Below, piece by piece: positions 60,801-64,000 of a stretch of DNA of 64,000 nt. The DNA lies in NCBI GenBank assembly GCA_024704765.1, contig JAKMXF010000308.1, positions 186,001 to 250,000 on the forward strand. Direction: 5' to 3'. The translations under genes and the position numbers were made by a program. Each line of letters begins with the position of its first letter. Position 1 is the first letter of the stretch. The notes beneath the pieces were generated by a model. It was given only the letters and a program-made list of their open reading frames with translations, was not told the DNA's origin and did not search any database. Source of the DNA: Oopsacas minuta (Eukaryota > Animalia > Porifera).

Positions 60801-63093
60801 TGGATTGTGGAAACGACTAAATGGTAGAAAATTGCTTGATGGTGGATCTCTCCCCAAAGTCTCTCATGTTTGTCATTGAATTGATAACAAACTAAATCAC
60901 GGTAGATATGCAGTAAGAGCCCCGTATATCATATCAATTGACTTCATGTTAAGTGAACTAAGCTAAAATCTCTGGGATACACTTTATAGGGGGATATTCA
61001 TATTACATGGTCCTTACTGTATATCTACCATAATTTATTATGCTTCTCAAGTCAATGACATCCATGCATGAGAGACATTGAGGAGATTGCCAATTTATGT
61101 TGTTGGGAGGGGCAAATGAGCTATAATCCGGAGATATTAAAAAGTACGCGCGAAGTACTTTTTAATATATGATAATCCGATAAACTGATCCTTATCAGTG
61201 ATTTACGATCAATGTTAAACATTTGTGCTTCTTTTGGTGCCCCTTATCAAATTCCATCAGGATCTACAATTTAGTTACTTGTTAGAAATTCACCATTTTC
61301 TACCATTTTCCACCATTCAGTCAGACCCTAAAATTATACATGTTAAAATCTTAAAACAATTATTAATTCTGTAATGACGTTATAAGAAAATAATCTCTTT
61401 ACCTTGCGTTTTATTTCTCTGCTCCATTTGTTTGGGAGTTTCCGTTTGTTCCACTCGTGCTATTTTAAAACCTCTGTCGACCAGTGTCTCAGCAAACCTA
61501 GCAAAAGCTACTTCGGGAAACCCGCAGTGAGCAATTTCTCCCTTCATAAAAGAGAGGCCAAGTTCACGTACAGCAATTACTGCGTCCATATGATAAAGTT
61601 CATAGAATTTTCCAACCTAAGTTAACACATTATAATTTAATTATGCTATTATATAAATGTGTAATTACGTACTTAACACTCTAAATTACACTTGAGTGTA
61701 GGTTTAAGTGCTAGTACGTGAATCGCGTGTCAGATTATTTTCTCTAATATATTAACAACTCACCTTAAAAATGAGAATTGTATCAAAATTTTGTGATTTT
61801 ATTTCCCACCATTGTTTCTGTGCTGGCGTTTTCATAGCTATGAATTCTGGTGGCACATAAAGTGACTTCGGGTTGTAGTCGGGATCAGTAGGCTTTCTTC
61901 CTTCTTTATCTTTGATTTTTGTTGATTGCAGCCAAGTTTGCTTCTCATGCATATACTCAATGTTTTGGGTAATATTCATAATTGAGTCTGCAAGGGACTC
62001 ACATTTCAGTGTGCTAACTTCAGAATTTTGCGATATATTAAAGGAACACTGAAACTTTGCCAGACTGGACTGAGCATTGGGTGTAATAGAAGGAGATAAA
62101 CCTACTCCAGCACTCGTACAGAAGCGATTAGGAATAGGTGTGCTAGTAGGCGAGGAAGCATTATGGTTAGTGCTAGTATTTAGAGTTTTACTTTGCAGTT
62201 TTTTGGAAAAAAATCTACTTTGAGATGGAGAGTTATCCATAATTTCCATTGCATCATCTGAACTTTCAGTTTCAGTTTCATTGATAATACTTTCTTCACT
62301 TGGTAAGTATTCTATGTCAGAATCTGATTCGAGTACTCTCATTCTTTCTGTTTTGACTGGAAAGATAGCTTAGATTTCCTCTTCGAAGGCCGATTTTGAA
62401 TATAGTTAGATACATCTTTTCTCACTGTCTTGATAACCTCGTCTTCTGACTATAGGAATTATATATTATTACTAGCTAACTGATGATCCAGTACTAATAT
62501 TAGTATTCAGTACTTAGATCATACAATTAAGTAGGCAATACAGAACCCAAACTAAATCTACATACACATTACACTCAAAATGAGAAAATTAAGCATATTA
62601 ATTTCATAACCTCAGATTGGGAAAGGTTGATACAAGCATCATCTGTCAAAGAATCCGCTCTCTCATCTGGAGGAAGATGGAATAATTCTTCAGCCTTGTT
62701 GAGAGCTGATTTCGTACTGCCTCTGAATTTATCAGTCTCAAGCAGATGCGGAAATTTGTCTAGCTGAAATAATTGAATATCTTCTTCATATCGCCAAGAC
62801 CGAGATGCAGGCTCAGTTAGGAAACGCAAATGCCATTCTTCGATACTGTTACTCCCCTCCCTATAGTACAGTGCAGTATTAGAATCTTTCTCAATAATTG
62901 CTGGACACCAACCAAACTCTGAACGTCCCCACACCAATGAGTATAGAGAGTACTTCTGCTTACGTACAGCATAGTCAGATGCAACCTCATTACTTACAAC
63001 TAGATCCTCAGTAGCAGAGGGTTGTTTAGATTTAAAGAATGTAAGAAGAGATGTGTTCTTTCTGATATTTTGGTTTTGTTTTGATGTGTTCAT
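45881..63093 (-). CDS. MSH6: DNA mismatch repair protein MSH6, 9 exons, about 1315 aa if one missing base in exon 2 is restored
   Basis: Exons (minus strand, all GT-AG): 63093-62611, 62449-61764, 61616-61403, 59513-59034, 58399-58238, 58171-57880, 52386-51849, 51501-51093, 46563-45881 (total 3947 nt). PIP-like [17 protein letters not shown]-like domain, [58 protein letters not shown]. Confidence 0.95.
46832..47482 (+). CDS. ALYREF: THO complex subunit 4 / ALYREF (mRNA export adaptor), intronless, nested in MSH6 intron 8
   Basis: N-terminal motif [14 protein letters not shown]-rich region, WQHDMY, RRM ([51 protein letters not shown]), C-terminal [13 protein letters not shown]. The first ATG is at 46832. 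Confidence 0.95.
   Translation: MAEEMADLSLEDIIKKTGISRSGRGGDRGSRSRRGSSRRGGGLSAPRDSFRSGSYNLQSSERLDRWQHDMYRGQFVRDRDRYSGAKLNISNLDFGVSDSDIEELFGEFGPVKKAGVHYDFSGRSKGTAEVIYFRSEDAEKAIKQYNGVPLDGRPMKIEIVTGNPSSSSRITSRRPSRRIGGRGASRSLSSPKTPRVMPTAEELDAQLENYQAEKEK
52890..53770. mobile_element. Foldback element with about 150-bp inverted arms, carrying a nested pogo-like MITE
   Basis: About 52915-53045 is the imperfect reverse complement of about 53625-53760 (core CTGACACCTGTGTCAGCCATTTATA). Confidence 0.7.
53414..53583. mobile_element. pogo/Tigger-like MITE, 170 bp
   Basis: TA|CAGCGGAGTCTCC...GGAGACTCTTCTG|TA, with internal AACGGACA repeats. A related left end TACAGTAGAAC lies at 14775. Confidence 0.8.
54846..55367 (+). 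mobile_element. Helitron-like/microsatellite-headed interspersed repeat; inverse copy at about 3460-3968, diverged copy at about 37800-38300
   Basis: Begins ATCTATATT...(TTTG)n TTCGTTGTCAAGGAAAGG, with tandem internal cores (ATACTCGAGTATACTGAGTCTGAATA). Colinear with the reverse complement of 3460-3968. The Helitron assignment is inferred from the TC start and microsatellite head. Confidence 0.65.
57116..57400 (+). mobile_element. Microsatellite-headed repeat (TCTA(TA)n..(TGTC)n), Helitron/DINE-like
   Basis: 5' end ATCTATATATA...GTTTGTCTGTCTGTCTGTCC...CCGATCTGCACCAAATT resembles the 5' end of the element at 11500-11704. Confidence 0.5.
57814..57857. repeat. Perfect 20-bp inverted repeat with a 4-nt loop
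   Basis: CAAACGTATTTAATTACCCT gtat AGGGTAATTAAATACGTTTG. Confidence 0.95.
60685..61330. mobile_element. Degenerate hAT-like non-autonomous element with TGGTGGAAAA subterminal repeats
   Basis: A tandem TGGTGGAAAA-like array at 60740-60845 is mirrored by CCATTTTCCACCATTCAGTCAGACCCTA at 61292-61330. Confidence 0.5.
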
Positions 63094-63523
63094 TGGTGAT
63101 AATTAAAACTATATTTCGATTACAGAAAATTTTTCAGAATACAATATAACCTCGCTAATCTGAACGTGCCTAAGGGATATTATACAACCTTTGGAAAATG
63201 ATATAAAAATTTCAAAAGAGTTAATTACATCTTATTCTACTGCTGACAATACATAATACTATATTACAAATGTTGACAGCCTTTCATCATTTGTACAACT
63301 TTCGAAGATTGTACTTCGAGTCCCTACATAGCATTGTTCAATACATTTCACTAATCCGAACGAATTATTTGGAAATGGAACAGTGATGTTCGGGTTGATG
63401 AGGGTGTACTATAATCAGAATACAGTAGAGTATGCCATCATTGGAACGAATACTATTAACACAATTTAGCATAAGTATTAAAAATGAATACATTTTATCA
63501 ATCCCCTTCAATAATTTATAATA

Positions 63524-63924
63524 CAATCGACTCCGGTTAATCGGACCACCCTTTTGTCCAGAGTAAAGTGGTCCGATTATCCGGAGTGTCCGATTAACCG
63601 AAAAATCTTATTATCAATAATTTATTGCTAGATAAATATTTCTAGTCAATGGTAATCCTATTGCTAATTGAAAAAAGAAGTAATTGATTGTTGCTTAAGT
63701 GATCTTTCAGCATTTAGGTGAATTTTGTCAGCACAATCATCAAATCAGTTCTTTGGGCCATAAAATAATAATATAATCTAAATTATATACAAACCTAATC
63801 AAATTTTTGATGAATATATTGACTTCAAAAAAAATAATGGTCCGATTAACCGAAAAATGTTAAATATTAATCCTGGATTAGATTTCGTCCAGGAGAAAAT
63901 GGTCCGATTAACCGGAGTCGACTG
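63524..63924. mobile_element. pogo/Tigger-like MITE, 401 bp
   Basis: TA|CAATCGACTCCGGTTAATCGGACC ... GGTCCGATTAACCGGAGTCGACTG|TA, with internal GGTCCGATTAACCG repeats. Confidence 0.9.
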
Positions 63925-64000
63925 TACTTCGGTTATTAGGTGTAGATATTTGTAAACTTAACAGTCTGATTCAATACCTCTAGTATAGTGAATATCAAGG

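Noticed and set aside
22505-62342. Many antisense or off-frame ORFs (e.g. 22505-22810, 22841-23233, 28270-28578, 30269-30892, 36297-36641, 51955-52311, 59260-59517)
   Set aside because: Shadows of real genes on the other strand or frame, with no motifs of their own.
1-64000. tRNA or rRNA genes
   Set aside because: None recognised by eye; tRNAscan-SE/Infernal would be needed to exclude them.

Overview
AT-rich eukaryotic (animal) genomic DNA, not prokaryotic. Mostly intronless conserved genes plus many NHL-repeat genes suggest a sponge, possibly a hexactinellid; this is inference only. Intact intronless genes are a DHRS11-like SDR, one NHL protein, PRDX5, Hippo/STK3-4, NOA1, a shugoshin-like gene, ACOX3, a NIPA Mg2+ transporter and ALYREF. 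A 9-exon MSH6 spans 45.9-63.1 kb on the minus strand, with ALYREF nested antisense in its last intron and a 1-nt deficit in exon 2. The 4-27 kb region is largely decayed: a DD37E Tc1-like transposon, a partial intron-retaining CFAP44 copy, two inverted NHL pseudogenes flanking a PINK1-like pseudokinase and a TRAF-like gene, further NHL fragments, and a sugar transporter with two frameshifts. At 43.5-45.7 kb lies a degenerate Transib/RAG1-like transposon with a CACTATG terminus, an NBD-like segment, the full DDE triad and Zn ligands. Intergenic and intronic DNA is full of non-autonomous elements (hAT, pogo-like, foldback, Helitron-like). The best leads are the RAG1-like element, splice-acceptor motifs just upstream of most start codons (possible spliced-leader trans-splicing and operons), and patchwork identity between the inverted NHL copies. 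All translations and alignments were done by eye; no database searches were run.
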